Source of the DNA: an uncultured Candidatus Saccharibacteria bacterium
GTDB taxonomy: Bacteria > Patescibacteriota > Saccharimonadia > Saccharimonadales > CAZDBS01
Assembly: GCA_964635445.1 (NCBI GenBank)
Contig: CAZWNK010000001.1
Coordinates: forward strand, 3,422-67,421
Direction of reading: 5' to 3'
Length of the DNA: 64,000 nucleotides
Shown here: positions 29,724 to 38,748 of the stretch, piece by piece
Layout: every line of letters starts with the position of its first letter
How positions within the stretch are numbered: the stretch's first letter is position 1
The notes under the pieces: generated by a model
Database searches by the model: none
Told to the model about the DNA's origin: nothing
What the model saw: the letters and a program-made list of their open reading frames with translations, nothing else
Program-made: the position numbers and the translations under genes

Positions 29724-30914
29724 TTATTCGCTCTTCTCGGAAGTCTCTTCTCCATGTTCATCGATAGCACTGAGGAGGGAGCTTTCGAGCTCGTCTTTGC
29801 GCTTCAGCTTCTGCACGACTTGCTTCTCCTTGACCTCAACCTCACCACCTTCTTCGGTTACAGGTGTGCCGTCACGGACAGCAGCAATATCAAGCTCATA
29901 GCCAGTCAGCTTGCTAGCAAGACGAACGTTTTGACCACCTTTACCGATAGCTATCGAAAGCTGGTCTTCGGGAACACGAACGATCGCGTGTTTTTTGGCT
30001 TCATCGATTTCGACCACAGCAACTTGTGTTGGTGAGAGTGCATTACGGATAAAGCTTTGAGCATCTTCATCAAAAACGATGATGTCGATCTTTTCTTGAT
30101 CACCAATCTCGCCCATGACTGCCTGAACACGGGTACCGTGTCCACCGACGAATGTGCCAACCGGGTCTACGCCTTGTACTTTGCTAGCAACTGCTAACTT
30201 CGTTCGTACTCCGGCCTCACGAGCAATCGCTCGGATTTCTACGGCGCCGCTTTCCATCTCAGGAACTTCTTGACGGAACAGGTATTCGATAAATTCAGTG
30301 TTGGCGCGCGAAACGATCAACTGTGGACCACGAGGCCCTCTTTCAACATCCTTGAGAAATACTTTGACACGAGCTCCAATACTCATTCGTTCACCAGGAA
30401 TCTGTTCGCTCATTGGCATGATAGCTTGCGCTTTGCCCAGGTCTAGTCGTACCAAACGTCCCTCTACCCGTGATACGGTCGCGTTGATGACTGTGCCGAT
30501 CTTATCTTCATACTCATTCATAACGATCTCTCGCTCTGCTTCTCGGAGTCGTTGCAGTATAACTTGCTTAGCGGTTTGTGCTGCTACGCGACCAAATGTC
30601 TTTGGTTTGTCCTTGATCTCGACAACGTCTTCCAATTTGGCGTCTTTATTGATCTTTTTGGCATCCTCAAGTGTAATCTGCGTGAAATCATCTTCGACAT
30701 TCTCGACAACGACTTTGCTGATAAATACTTCTACATCACCCGTGTTTACGTTTATTTGAGCGCGAACTTCTTGCTCGCGATCACCGAAATCTTTGCGATA
30801 CGCAGCAGCGAGTGCTTGTTCGAGCACTTCCTGAACGGTATCTTCTGGTAAGTTTTTTTCCTCAGCAATTTGTCGCACAGCGAGTGCGAGAGCTTTGGCG
30901 TCTATTTCATTCAT
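29724..30914 (-). CDS. nusA: transcription termination/antitermination protein NusA
   Basis: 396 aa with NusA N-terminal, S1 and two KH domains, ending in an acidic C-terminal tail. Confidence 0.93.
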   Translation of the reverse strand: MNEIDAKALALAVRQIAEEKNLPEDTVQEVLEQALAAAYRKDFGDREQEVRAQINVNTGDVEVFISKVVVENVEDDFTQITLEDAKKINKDAKLEDVVEIKDKPKTFGRVAAQTAKQVILQRLREAEREIVMNEYEDKIGTVINATVSRVEGRLVRLDLGKAQAIMPMSEQIPGERMSIGARVKVFLKDVERGPRGPQLIVSRANTEFIEYLFRQEVPEMESGAVEIRAIAREAGVRTKLAVASKVQGVDPVGTFVGGHGTRVQAVMGEIGDQEKIDIIVFDEDAQSFIRNALSPTQVAVVEIDEAKKHAIVRVPEDQLSIAIGKGGQNVRLASKLTGYELDIAAVRDGTPVTEEGGEVEVKEKQVVQKLKRKDELESSLLSAIDEHGEETSEKSE

Positions 30915-30935
30915 ATTTTCCTCTATTTCTTATTA

Positions 30936-30960
30936 AAAAATCCGACCTGCTGGCCGGATA
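30936..30960 (-). promoter_or_regulatory. Hairpin plus T-tract about 20 nt upstream of the nusA start (candidate leader attenuator)
   Basis: The minus strand reads ATCCGGCCAGCAGGTCGGAT followed by TTTTTT. No minus-strand gene ends immediately upstream. Confidence 0.3.
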
Positions 30961-30989
30961 CTTCTGAAGATAAATATAGCAAAAACACT

Positions 30990-31029
30990 CAAAACTGTCA
31001 ACTGCGCGCAAGCCTGATACAATGTTCCC
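30990..31029 (+). promoter_or_regulatory. Candidate promoter for ORF144 (TGTCAA-16-TGATACAAT, extended -10) giving a leaderless or near-leaderless mRNA
   Basis: Sequence motif only; not verified. Confidence 0.3.
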
Positions 31030-31464
31030 ATGAAATCAGTCCACCCATTCGTAGCTACCTCATATGGCGTTGATCTCATCGAGTCAACTGATTATATAGA
31101 GTGTCAGTGTACTATCGAGGGCAACAAGATGAAGCCAAGTCATCGGATCACACTGCACGTTGCAGGACTCAAGACACTCGACGCATCTCTCGAACGAATT
31201 ACCAAAGGTAAGCGTGAACATATACCGATCTCGCGCATCAACCATCACCGTTCATTCGGTGAAATTAGACTTCACACCGATATCATGCTCTATCCTGGAC
31301 ACTACGTACTACACGTTACAACTCGATCACCCAGAAACGAGCAAACAATCCTTGCCATCAAAAATGCGGAACAGGAATTCACTAAGTCAGCAGCGTCGGC
31401 ACTACCCTATGTCTATGTAGAGAATGACACTAGGGTTTCGATCAATAAAAAATCTGCTTCTTGA
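31030..31464 (+). CDS. hypothetical protein (144 aa)
   Basis: ORF with no recognised family. Its 3' end overlaps the convergent FemX-like gene by 23 nt. Confidence 0.4.
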   Translation: MKSVHPFVATSYGVDLIESTDYIECQCTIEGNKMKPSHRITLHVAGLKTLDASLERITKGKREHIPISRINHHRSFGEIRLHTDIMLYPGHYVLHVTTRSPRNEQTILAIKNAEQEFTKSAASALPYVYVENDTRVSINKKSAS

Positions 31465-32524
31465 TGCGGTGCGAGTAACGCATCGCTACCTTCTCGCCCA
31501 TTCGCTGCCAACTCTTAGCTTTGGCAGGTTTGAGTAATTGATCAATGCTAGGCATATATGCAGTGACGGTATCATGAAAACTCAACTTAAACCGTGTGAT
31601 TCCCGTAAGTGGATGTGATGTATCGTCTATAGCTGATAGCGGCGCTGCACCATGGAGGTCAATTATGGACGCGCCCTTTGACCTCAAAAACTTCATAGCT
31701 TCATAGAGGAGAAGAGAAGGTGCACCGATATCCGTTTTCTCACGTGTTAGTCCGGCATCTTTGTAGGTCGCCATACGTCCGGACCACATGAAAAAACCAC
31801 CCGCAATGATACGGCCTTCGAATCGTGCAAAGAAAAACTGGCCGTTGCCGTTGTAACAATATGCTTCCCAGAAATCTTTAAAATACTCGTATGCTCGTAG
31901 GTAGTACCCTGTTCGAGCCGACGTTTCCTGCATAAGAGCGTACATAGCTTGCATCACTTTTTCTGAAGCTTCTGGTCTCTCAATAGTCACACCCTTTCGC
32001 ATCCCGAGGCGTACGCTATAGCGCGTTTTGGATGCAAATGAATCCAATAACTTTTCGTCATCCATAGATATATCCACGAGGACAGTTGATAGGTTTGTCT
32101 GGATAGTCTTAGATGCCGACGACACGCCTAGCTTTGCAATATCGATGTGCTGCTCGACGACCATCGGTTCATTGCGTCGACGCGTTGCGATGATAATCCG
32201 TGGCTCCATACGCACGAGAAATACATTGTCGAGAAGCTGAGCCCTCTGGTTCGCCTTTAGTACATTTTTAAGTTGTGCGAGCGTACGCACTCCTGGACCG
32301 TTCGGCGCATACCAAAGCTCACCTAAGCCACGAAGACGCTTTGTGAGATAGAGTACAGCTAACATGGACTCTGATTCATATATAACGTAGCGGGGTGTCC
32401 ACCCGTGTTTGCTCTTGGCTTCTCCAAAAGCTTTGCACTGCAATGGTGTACCGCCATTAGGGTTTGAGGCGATCAATGTGTCCCACACTTCGATCTCATG
32501 CTCGGTTGCTTCCCGAGCGTTCAT
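31442..32524 (-). CDS. FemX/FemAB-family peptidoglycan aminoacyltransferase (paralog 2)
   Basis: 360 aa with the FemAB pattern (W..P.G..Q...FGE.K...GW.P; YAPNGP; DLHG) and the same architecture as the adjacent paralog. Confidence 0.7.
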   Translation of the reverse strand: MNAREATEHEIEVWDTLIASNPNGGTPLQCKAFGEAKSKHGWTPRYVIYESESMLAVLYLTKRLRGLGELWYAPNGPGVRTLAQLKNVLKANQRAQLLDNVFLVRMEPRIIIATRRRNEPMVVEQHIDIAKLGVSSASKTIQTNLSTVLVDISMDDEKLLDSFASKTRYSVRLGMRKGVTIERPEASEKVMQAMYALMQETSARTGYYLRAYEYFKDFWEAYCYNGNGQFFFARFEGRIIAGGFFMWSGRMATYKDAGLTREKTDIGAPSLLLYEAMKFLRSKGASIIDLHGAAPLSAIDDTSHPLTGITRFKLSFHDTVTAYMPSIDQLLKPAKAKSWQRMGEKVAMRYSHRIKKQIFY

Positions 32525-33513
32525 GTTCGCTTACCTCGACGTACACGCCGCATCACACGTTTGGCGATCGGCAATCCTCGTTCCCATGCTTGATAGAGCG
32601 CAAGTCGGATCGGATAGTCGTACGGACCAATCAACGTAGTCGGTTCTTCGACAAACCCGCTCTTGAACTGGTCTATGCCTTCATTCAGACGACCGTTGAG
32701 ATCATAGGTCGTAACGCCTGCTGTCTTCATCCGCTTCATTACTTCCCATTTCAGCGTATAGTTAGCTTTCAGATCACTGCCTTCATCCGACATTCCCCCA
32801 TATAGCTCAAACGCGATAGCGTCTGTTGCCACCAGCCACAAAAACGACAAGAGCCTGCCGTCTTTTTTGGCAACGTAGATGTGATTGTTTTCTCCCAAAG
32901 TCTGACAAAGACGGTGATAGTACTGTGCTTCATGCAGCGCGAAATCTGCACGTTTTGCAGTTTCTCTGTATAACTCCATGATGTCATCGAGATGAAGATT
33001 GCTTGTATCTCGGACCACCTCGATACCTTCACGTTCGCTTTTACGGATATACTGACGCGTCTTCGAACGCATACCATTCAATATATCCTCGTCACTTTGC
33101 CTGAGATCTATCATCAATGTACTATCGAGCAAGATACGATTCTGGGAACGTCGCCATCCTTTTGGCAGCTTCCCGATTGTCCAGTTGGGTTCAATTTTAA
33201 CAGAGATAGCGCTATGCTCTCTGGCATAATCTGTGATCGCTGCAAGTAAAAACTTAAGTTCATCACTGCCAGGTTTCGCGACCGGACCGCGAGGTATATA
33301 CATGAAAACACGTGGTACTTTCGGAATTTGACGAATAAGCATTTGTGCAGCCGCAATTATGCGGTCGTCGTCGGTAACCGCCAGACGCACTGGCTGCCAT
33401 CCATTGAGCTCTTTGAGTTCCCCCCAGCCCCATAGCTGCAACGGATGTCCGTATGGGCTGTGCGAAACAAAGTCGTCCCATACATTTCTATCTTCGACTA
33501 TCTGTAATTGCAT
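32521..33513 (-). CDS. FemX/FemAB-family peptidoglycan aminoacyltransferase (paralog 1)
   Basis: 330 aa with the SPYGHPLQLWGWGELK, YIPRGPV, NYTLKWE and YDLNG blocks typical of aminoacyl-tRNA-dependent lipid II branch transferases. 4-nt overlap with paralog 2. Confidence 0.75.
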   Translation of the reverse strand: MQLQIVEDRNVWDDFVSHSPYGHPLQLWGWGELKELNGWQPVRLAVTDDDRIIAAAQMLIRQIPKVPRVFMYIPRGPVAKPGSDELKFLLAAITDYAREHSAISVKIEPNWTIGKLPKGWRRSQNRILLDSTLMIDLRQSDEDILNGMRSKTRQYIRKSEREGIEVVRDTSNLHLDDIMELYRETAKRADFALHEAQYYHRLCQTLGENNHIYVAKKDGRLLSFLWLVATDAIAFELYGGMSDEGSDLKANYTLKWEVMKRMKTAGVTTYDLNGRLNEGIDQFKSGFVEEPTTLIGPYDYPIRLALYQAWERGLPIAKRVMRRVRRGKRT

Positions 33514-33517
33514 GGTT

Positions 33518-33865
33518 TCATTCTAGCACTTGCTCTATAAACTCTATAGCTCCTGAGCCGCCATCTACTGAAGCGGCACTTAGGACGTATTCACCTTGCC
33601 AACTATGAAGATGCACCCACATATCGGCTGCAAAACGCATTTGACGAAGCTTTGATCGCGTCACATAGTCAAATCCCTCACCTTGTTGGCCTGATCGACG
33701 AAACTTGACCTCGACAAAATGCATGAGTTTACCTTTCTCAGCTACAATATCCACCTCACACCACTTCGTTTTCCAGTTACGATCAACGATTTTGAATTTG
33801 TGAGCTTGAAGATAGTTAGCAACCGCATCTTCTGCTCGTTTTCCAGTCTCAGTTGACATAACCAC
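33518..33865 (-). CDS. YraN-family (UPF0102) endonuclease
   Basis: 115 aa with the GE.D.VA....L.FVEVK.R core. Conserved rnhB-yraN adjacency. Confidence 0.8.
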   Translation of the reverse strand: MVMSTETGKRAEDAVANYLQAHKFKIVDRNWKTKWCEVDIVAEKGKLMHFVEVKFRRSGQQGEGFDYVTRSKLRQMRFAADMWVHLHSWQGEYVLSAASVDGGSGAIEFIEQVLE

Positions 33866-34409
33866 CGACTACTGCGACCGGCTTATAGCTCATCCGATGT
33901 AGACTGCTCGCTCCGAACAACTTCAACATTTCTTGATGGAGTTTTGTACCGTACCCAACGTGTTTATCAAATTGATAATGTGGCATGAGATGATGAATGT
34001 GACGCATGTAGCGGTCCCGCGCTTCTTTGGCCACAATCGAAGCGGCTGAAATCTCCGGGATAAGCTGATCGCCTTTGACGATAGTTTGTACATCTGGAAG
34101 TTCAGATAGGTAGTTGATATTACCATCGATGATAATCGGCGATGTCAAAGAGACCGCCAGTACCGCCTGCATCATAGCGCTCTTCACGGCTTTGGTTAAG
34201 CCGTAGGTATCAATATATTGTGGGCTCACCCAGCCAATACCAACATGAGCAGAGGCTCGAATTTGCAAATCAAGTATGTGCCGTTGTTTGGCCGATAACA
34301 TTTTTGAATCTCGAAGTCCTTTGATAGGCATAGTCAGTCTGACGGCAGCAGCGACTAACGGACCTGCCCAACACCCTCTACCTACTTCATCGACACCGAT
34401 GATATCCAT
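33849..34409 (-). CDS. rnhB: ribonuclease HII
   Basis: N-terminal GVDEVGRGCWAGPLV active-site motif. Confidence 0.9.
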   Translation of the reverse strand: MDIIGVDEVGRGCWAGPLVAAAVRLTMPIKGLRDSKMLSAKQRHILDLQIRASAHVGIGWVSPQYIDTYGLTKAVKSAMMQAVLAVSLTSPIIIDGNINYLSELPDVQTIVKGDQLIPEISAASIVAKEARDRYMRHIHHLMPHYQFDKHVGYGTKLHQEMLKLFGASSLHRMSYKPVAVVGGYVN

Positions 34410-34562
34410 GACATCATTATAGACGTCAGGCTTCGGTTTTCAGAATCCAGAATATCTGCTCTTCCTAGACTGAGTGTCTTGCCTGCCCATTGACAATGAG
34501 ATGATAAAGACCGAGCTATTAACCCCAATGGTCCCGCCTGTCTGGCCAACAGGACGGACAGG

Positions 34563-34594
34563 TTTTCGCACTTTTGACAGCAAAAGTGCGAATG
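34563..34594. repeat. Palindromic hairpin GGTTTT-CGCACTTTTG-acag-CAAAAGTGCG-AAT, 3' of rplS (family copy 1)
   Basis: Perfect 10-bp stem. A second copy at 48691-48726 has a covarying stem. A further hairpin (CCAGCTTTAGCTGG) follows. Confidence 0.5.
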
Positions 34595-34617
34595 TGGTCC
34601 AGCTTTAGCTGGAAAAA

Positions 34618-35118
34618 CTATTCTTTGACTTCAGCTTCTACTTTTTCAGCTTTGACGTCTGCAGCTTCGTCTTTTTCTTCAGGTACGTAGTTCTCAGCAG
34701 CTTCAGCTTTCATTTCTTCGAGCTCAGCTTCTGCTTCTTTGTCTTTGACGGCATTGACTGCTTCTTTGTCAAAATCAACACCCGTAAGTCGAGTTGATTT
34801 ACCACTTCGCTCGCGCATATAGGTCAGGTATTTGCGGCGAACTTTACTTCGCTTGGTGACTTCTATCTTGAGTACGAGTGGAGAATGCAAAAGATAGGTT
34901 TTCTCGACACCAACACCGCTTGCAACGCGTCGAACTGTAATGCTGCTTGTCAGAGAGCCTTTGCGAGTGGTACGAATGACTAAACCTTCGAAAATCTGAA
35001 TACGCTCTTTGTTGCCTTCTTTGATTTTCTGGTGCACACGAACAGTATCGCCAGACTGCACATCAACGACAGCTGACTTCTTGTACTTATTTTCGATAGC
35101 TTGGATTAGATTGCTCAT
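34618..35118 (-). CDS. rplS: 50S ribosomal protein L19 with a roughly 50-aa acidic E/K/A-rich C-terminal extension
   Basis: L19 core in residues 1-115, followed by ...KEAEAELEEMKAEAAENYVPEEKDEAADVKAEKVEAEVKE. Confidence 0.92.
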   Translation of the reverse strand: MSNLIQAIENKYKKSAVVDVQSGDTVRVHQKIKEGNKERIQIFEGLVIRTTRKGSLTSSITVRRVASGVGVEKTYLLHSPLVLKIEVTKRSKVRRKYLTYMRERSGKSTRLTGVDFDKEAVNAVKDKEAEAELEEMKAEAAENYVPEEKDEAADVKAEKVEAEVKE

Positions 35119-35156
35119 AATTAGACTCCCGATACTCTACTACAAACAGATCAGAT

Positions 35157-35708
35157 TTGCAATATCTTGGTAGAATATTAGCCATGCGCCACGATACAGT
35201 CACCGAACCACTGAAAGAAATCATCGACTCGATACGTTCTGATCTCGTTCGAATTGCTTTAGATGTGGCTACTCAGAAAGTCCCTACCAAGAAAAACAGT
35301 GAAGTTCTCTACAAAGCGACTCCTCAAGACGGTTTTGATTGCTCAGGGTTTGTCACGTGGTCACTTCAGCAAGCGTTTCGCGCTCATCATATGGCATTTG
35401 ATCCTGACGAGTTCGCGCATACCAATGACTTTGCTGACAAATTTGGCGTCTTGGTGCAGTGGGAAGCTAGAAAACCAGGAGACATTATACTTTTTTCGTA
35501 CAATGGCTACCGTCCCTCACATGTCGGTATCATCGTTAGTCCTACTGAATATGTCCATGCCTCGCCCTCAAAACATGAGATAGTTATCAAAAGTCCATAC
35601 AAGCAAGCAACGATCGTACCGAAGGCCGGGTACGAGCAGATATACTTTCGCAACCCTATAGCGATCAAACGTCTTGGCATCAAAGTCAACGACTGGATGT
35701 TGGTCTAG
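35157..35708 (+). CDS. NlpC/P60 (C40) family peptidase
   Basis: Catalytic Cys in DCSGFV and His in SHVGII. No obvious signal peptide. Confidence 0.78.
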   Translation: MQYLGRILAMRHDTVTEPLKEIIDSIRSDLVRIALDVATQKVPTKKNSEVLYKATPQDGFDCSGFVTWSLQQAFRAHHMAFDPDEFAHTNDFADKFGVLVQWEARKPGDIILFSYNGYRPSHVGIIVSPTEYVHASPSKHEIVIKSPYKQATIVPKAGYEQIYFRNPIAIKRLGIKVNDWMLV

Positions 35709-37375
35709 CCGACAACTCTATAGACTTCCGAGAGTGAGGTTTCACCTCTGATAGCTTTGAGTATTCCGTCTTGTAGCATCGTCTTCATGCCATCGCGGAT
35801 TGCAGCTGCCTCAAAATCTTGCGCTGTGACTTCTCTCGCTGGCTTTTTGAAAAGTTCGAGAATAGTCGGCTTCATGAGAAATTGTTCGCGAAGTGCTATC
35901 TGACCAGTGTATCCAAAGGGATTCTCGGCAGAACTTCCGGGATTGTACAGTTTGAGACCATCAAGTGAAGGTCGCTCCATGCCCTCTGGTAGCGTATCGA
36001 CAACTTCTCTGACTTTCGCAAGCGTATGCTCGTCAGGATCGTATGCAACTTTGGTCGAATCATCCAGTCGACGTACCAGTCGTTGCGCCATGACCAGGCG
36101 TATCGCAGATCCAAACAGTGGGTTTTCTCCAATAACATCCATGAGCCTTGTCAAAGCTGCCGCTGCCGATCCAGCATGAAACGTACTGAGGACGAGATGT
36201 CCGGTCAAGGAAGCTTGTAGGGCCGTCTTAGCGGTATCCATATCTCGTATCTCGCCAACCATGATAATGTCTGGATCGAGACGCAACACCGCCCGCAAAC
36301 GATCAGCAAAATTCAACTCCTGTGCACTTTTGGAATTGATCGAGATCTGCGTTAAGCCTTCAAATTGATATTCCACCGGATCTTCCAAGGTGATGATCTT
36401 TCGCTCTGCATTGTTGAGCGTGTTCAGCATCGAATACAACGTCGTCGTCTTGCCCGAACCCGTCGGTCCAACGATCAGCACGAGACCGCTCGGTTTACTG
36501 ATGATGTCATCGACAATCGCCCGCTCATCTGGACTAAGTCCCAAACGATCAAAGTTATACATCGATTGGTCCATATGGAATAGCCGCATCACAACATCCA
36601 TACCGTGGATAGTGGGTATTGTTTCGAGACGCATATTGATCTGCACTGTGGAGCCGTCGGCCATAGTCACGTCTTGTGATATATGGCCTTGCTGTGCTTC
36701 AGGTGCGCTTGTTGAGACATTACCTGCAATAGCTATAGACGACTGTAGCGTGCGGTATTTTTCATGACTCAGTCGAGCGATAGGATGAAGTACGCCGTCT
36801 ATTCGAAAGCGGATACCGACATCTGCTTTGGCATTTTCGATATGGATGTCGGATGCATTGAGCCTATGGGCTTGTTTTACGAGATACGCCAATATATCAT
36901 CCGCCCTAACTTCAGACAGTGTCTTGGAAACCTCTTGAACTAAAGTGTCCTGGCCAGCATTTGATAAAGCAATGTCTTGATATACGACCTGTTTGGGAGG
37001 GTCATATAGCTTCATAAACTCCCTGAACCCTGTCTCAGATATCATAACGAACGTCACTCGCTCGTCAGTGAACCGTTGCTGTAGTCTGTCAAACGTATGC
37101 TGAGGCGTCGTGATAGTAACGGCAAACAGACCAAAACCTTTTCCAAAATCCAGTGGAAATGTTTTGAGCTCATACATGTCATGTATAGGAAGAACATCTT
37201 TGAACAGTTTTCTGTCTTGGAGTTCTGATGTATTTAGGTAATTCAAACCGAGCATGCGAGCATGCTCGGCAGTGATTTGCTCTTCTTTGACTCGAGCTGG
37301 ATCCATATAGATACCATTGTACCAAACGTGAGCATGTTGCACTGTTCTTTCCTGTATTATGATCGATATGTCCAC
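35705..37375 (-). CDS. pilB: type IV pilus assembly ATPase PilB / GspE family
   Basis: 556 aa with Walker A GPTGSGKTTT, Asp box, His box and a GSPII N-domain. The start may be an internal Met, since the current start overlaps the divergent SpoU gene by 17 nt. Confidence 0.88.
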   Translation of the reverse strand: MDISIIIQERTVQHAHVWYNGIYMDPARVKEEQITAEHARMLGLNYLNTSELQDRKLFKDVLPIHDMYELKTFPLDFGKGFGLFAVTITTPQHTFDRLQQRFTDERVTFVMISETGFREFMKLYDPPKQVVYQDIALSNAGQDTLVQEVSKTLSEVRADDILAYLVKQAHRLNASDIHIENAKADVGIRFRIDGVLHPIARLSHEKYRTLQSSIAIAGNVSTSAPEAQQGHISQDVTMADGSTVQINMRLETIPTIHGMDVVMRLFHMDQSMYNFDRLGLSPDERAIVDDIISKPSGLVLIVGPTGSGKTTTLYSMLNTLNNAERKIITLEDPVEYQFEGLTQISINSKSAQELNFADRLRAVLRLDPDIIMVGEIRDMDTAKTALQASLTGHLVLSTFHAGSAAAALTRLMDVIGENPLFGSAIRLVMAQRLVRRLDDSTKVAYDPDEHTLAKVREVVDTLPEGMERPSLDGLKLYNPGSSAENPFGYTGQIALREQFLMKPTILELFKKPAREVTAQDFEAAAIRDGMKTMLQDGILKAIRGETSLSEVYRVVG

Positions 37376-37880
37376 ACTTTCTCTGATCGTTCATAATGTC
37401 CGTAGCGCCCACAATGTTGGCTCGATACTCCGTACGGCCGATGGTCTTGGTATAGACCACGTATACCTGACTGGATATTCCCCCTATCCCTATACTGATA
37501 CTGATGACCGCCTTCCCCATGAGGCACGAAAAGTACATGCCGCGATTCACAAATCCGCACTTGGAGCCGAGCAGACTACCAGTTGGTCGCACGACAAAGA
37601 AATAGAAGGATTGATACAACACCTTAAATCACTTGGTACGACGATCGTCACTATCGAGCAGACACCTGAGAGTATCGAGCTACAGGATTTCCTCGCCACA
37701 TATCGACCACACAATACCGTCCTCATCGTCGGCAACGAAGTGACCGGTATAGACGACACCATTGTGAAGATGGCCGATATGAGCGTCGAGATCAAGATGT
37801 ATGGTCGCAAAGAGTCTTTCAATGTTGCCATCGCAGCAGCACTCGCGCTGTATCAGTTCAAACAAAAACTACTGTCGTAA
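37359..37880 (+). CDS. SpoU/TrmH-family RNA 2'-O-methyltransferase
   Basis: 173 aa with SPOUT motifs (HNVGSILRTADGLG; IVGNEVTGI; AAALALY). Confidence 0.8.
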   Translation: MIDMSTLSLIVHNVRSAHNVGSILRTADGLGIDHVYLTGYSPYPYTDTDDRLPHEARKVHAAIHKSALGAEQTTSWSHDKEIEGLIQHLKSLGTTIVTIEQTPESIELQDFLATYRPHNTVLIVGNEVTGIDDTIVKMADMSVEIKMYGRKESFNVAIAAALALYQFKQKLLS

Positions 37881-38008
37881 GACTTACATTACAATTCGCT
37901 GAAATTGCATTGCAATACATATGCTCGTTAGGCTACAGTGTGTTTGTATATATAAGTTTGCAGTTTGCGAGTGGGCGTCTGCAGCGCTACTAACTATGGA
38001 GGGATCCC

Positions 38009-38695
38009 ATGCGCACATTCTCGCAAAATATAACTAAACTTGGCCTCGGCTTGTTTGCCGTCTCGGCTGTCGTCTTCGCTGGCGTTCACACTACGTCTGC
38101 AGCAAGTGGTGGTCCGTCAGTACCCGCTACCCCGACAGCACCTGTGGCGCCATCAGCGTCATCTAATCAGTCCACAACTCAAGCACAGTACAACTTTGTC
38201 GCCGCGGATGGCGATTCCTTGACACTGTTAGCTCGCAGAGCTGTTGATCAGTACGCCAAAGAGCAAAAACTCACCCTTTCACCCGCAGCACGAGTCTATG
38301 CCGAGACTAATATCGTTCAGGAATTTGGAAGCCGTTTTCTCAATCTCGGGGAAAATGTAAGCATTCCACGTTCACTTGTCGAAAAATACGTCAAATCTAG
38401 TCAGTCACTCACAGCAGACGATTCAGCAGCTTGGAACGTATACGCTGTGACAGTAGACTTCCCATCAAGTCTCGCAACGCCAGCTCCAACTCCCGTAACA
38501 CCAAACCAGCAGACCAATCAACCCGCACAACCACAAAGCAATGACCAGAACAAAGATGACCAGTCAAACAATAGTGATAAGAAATCATCTACGCCATGGT
38601 ACTGGTGGCCTATCGGTATCGCGACTCTTGCAGGTCTGTACTACATCCTCGGCGGCAAGCCATCCAAGGACGAAACCAGCACAACCAAGAAGTAA
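38009..38695 (+). CDS. secreted/surface protein: signal peptide, LysM-like segment (GDSLTLLARR), P/T/Q-rich linker, C-terminal TM anchor
   Basis: N-terminal hydrophobic signal peptide ending ...TTSAAS. C-terminal WYWWPIGIATLAGLYYILGG. Confidence 0.5.
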   Translation: MRTFSQNITKLGLGLFAVSAVVFAGVHTTSAASGGPSVPATPTAPVAPSASSNQSTTQAQYNFVAADGDSLTLLARRAVDQYAKEQKLTLSPAARVYAETNIVQEFGSRFLNLGENVSIPRSLVEKYVKSSQSLTADDSAAWNVYAVTVDFPSSLATPAPTPVTPNQQTNQPAQPQSNDQNKDDQSNNSDKKSSTPWYWWPIGIATLAGLYYILGGKPSKDETSTTKK

Positions 38696-38748
38696 TACCG
38701 ATCAAAACTTGAGTAGGTATACCGTAAGCGGTATAATCCGATCAAACG

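Noticed and set aside
37359-37375. 17-bp overlap of divergent pilB and SpoU start codons as a shared regulatory feature
   Set aside because: More parsimoniously a mis-set start; pilB has an in-frame Met 23 codons downstream (MDPARVKEE...) that removes the overlap.
37881-38008. AATTGCATTGCAAT near-palindrome upstream of the surface-protein gene as an operator
   Set aside because: Single short AT-rich imperfect palindrome; cannot be distinguished from chance in AT-rich promoter DNA.
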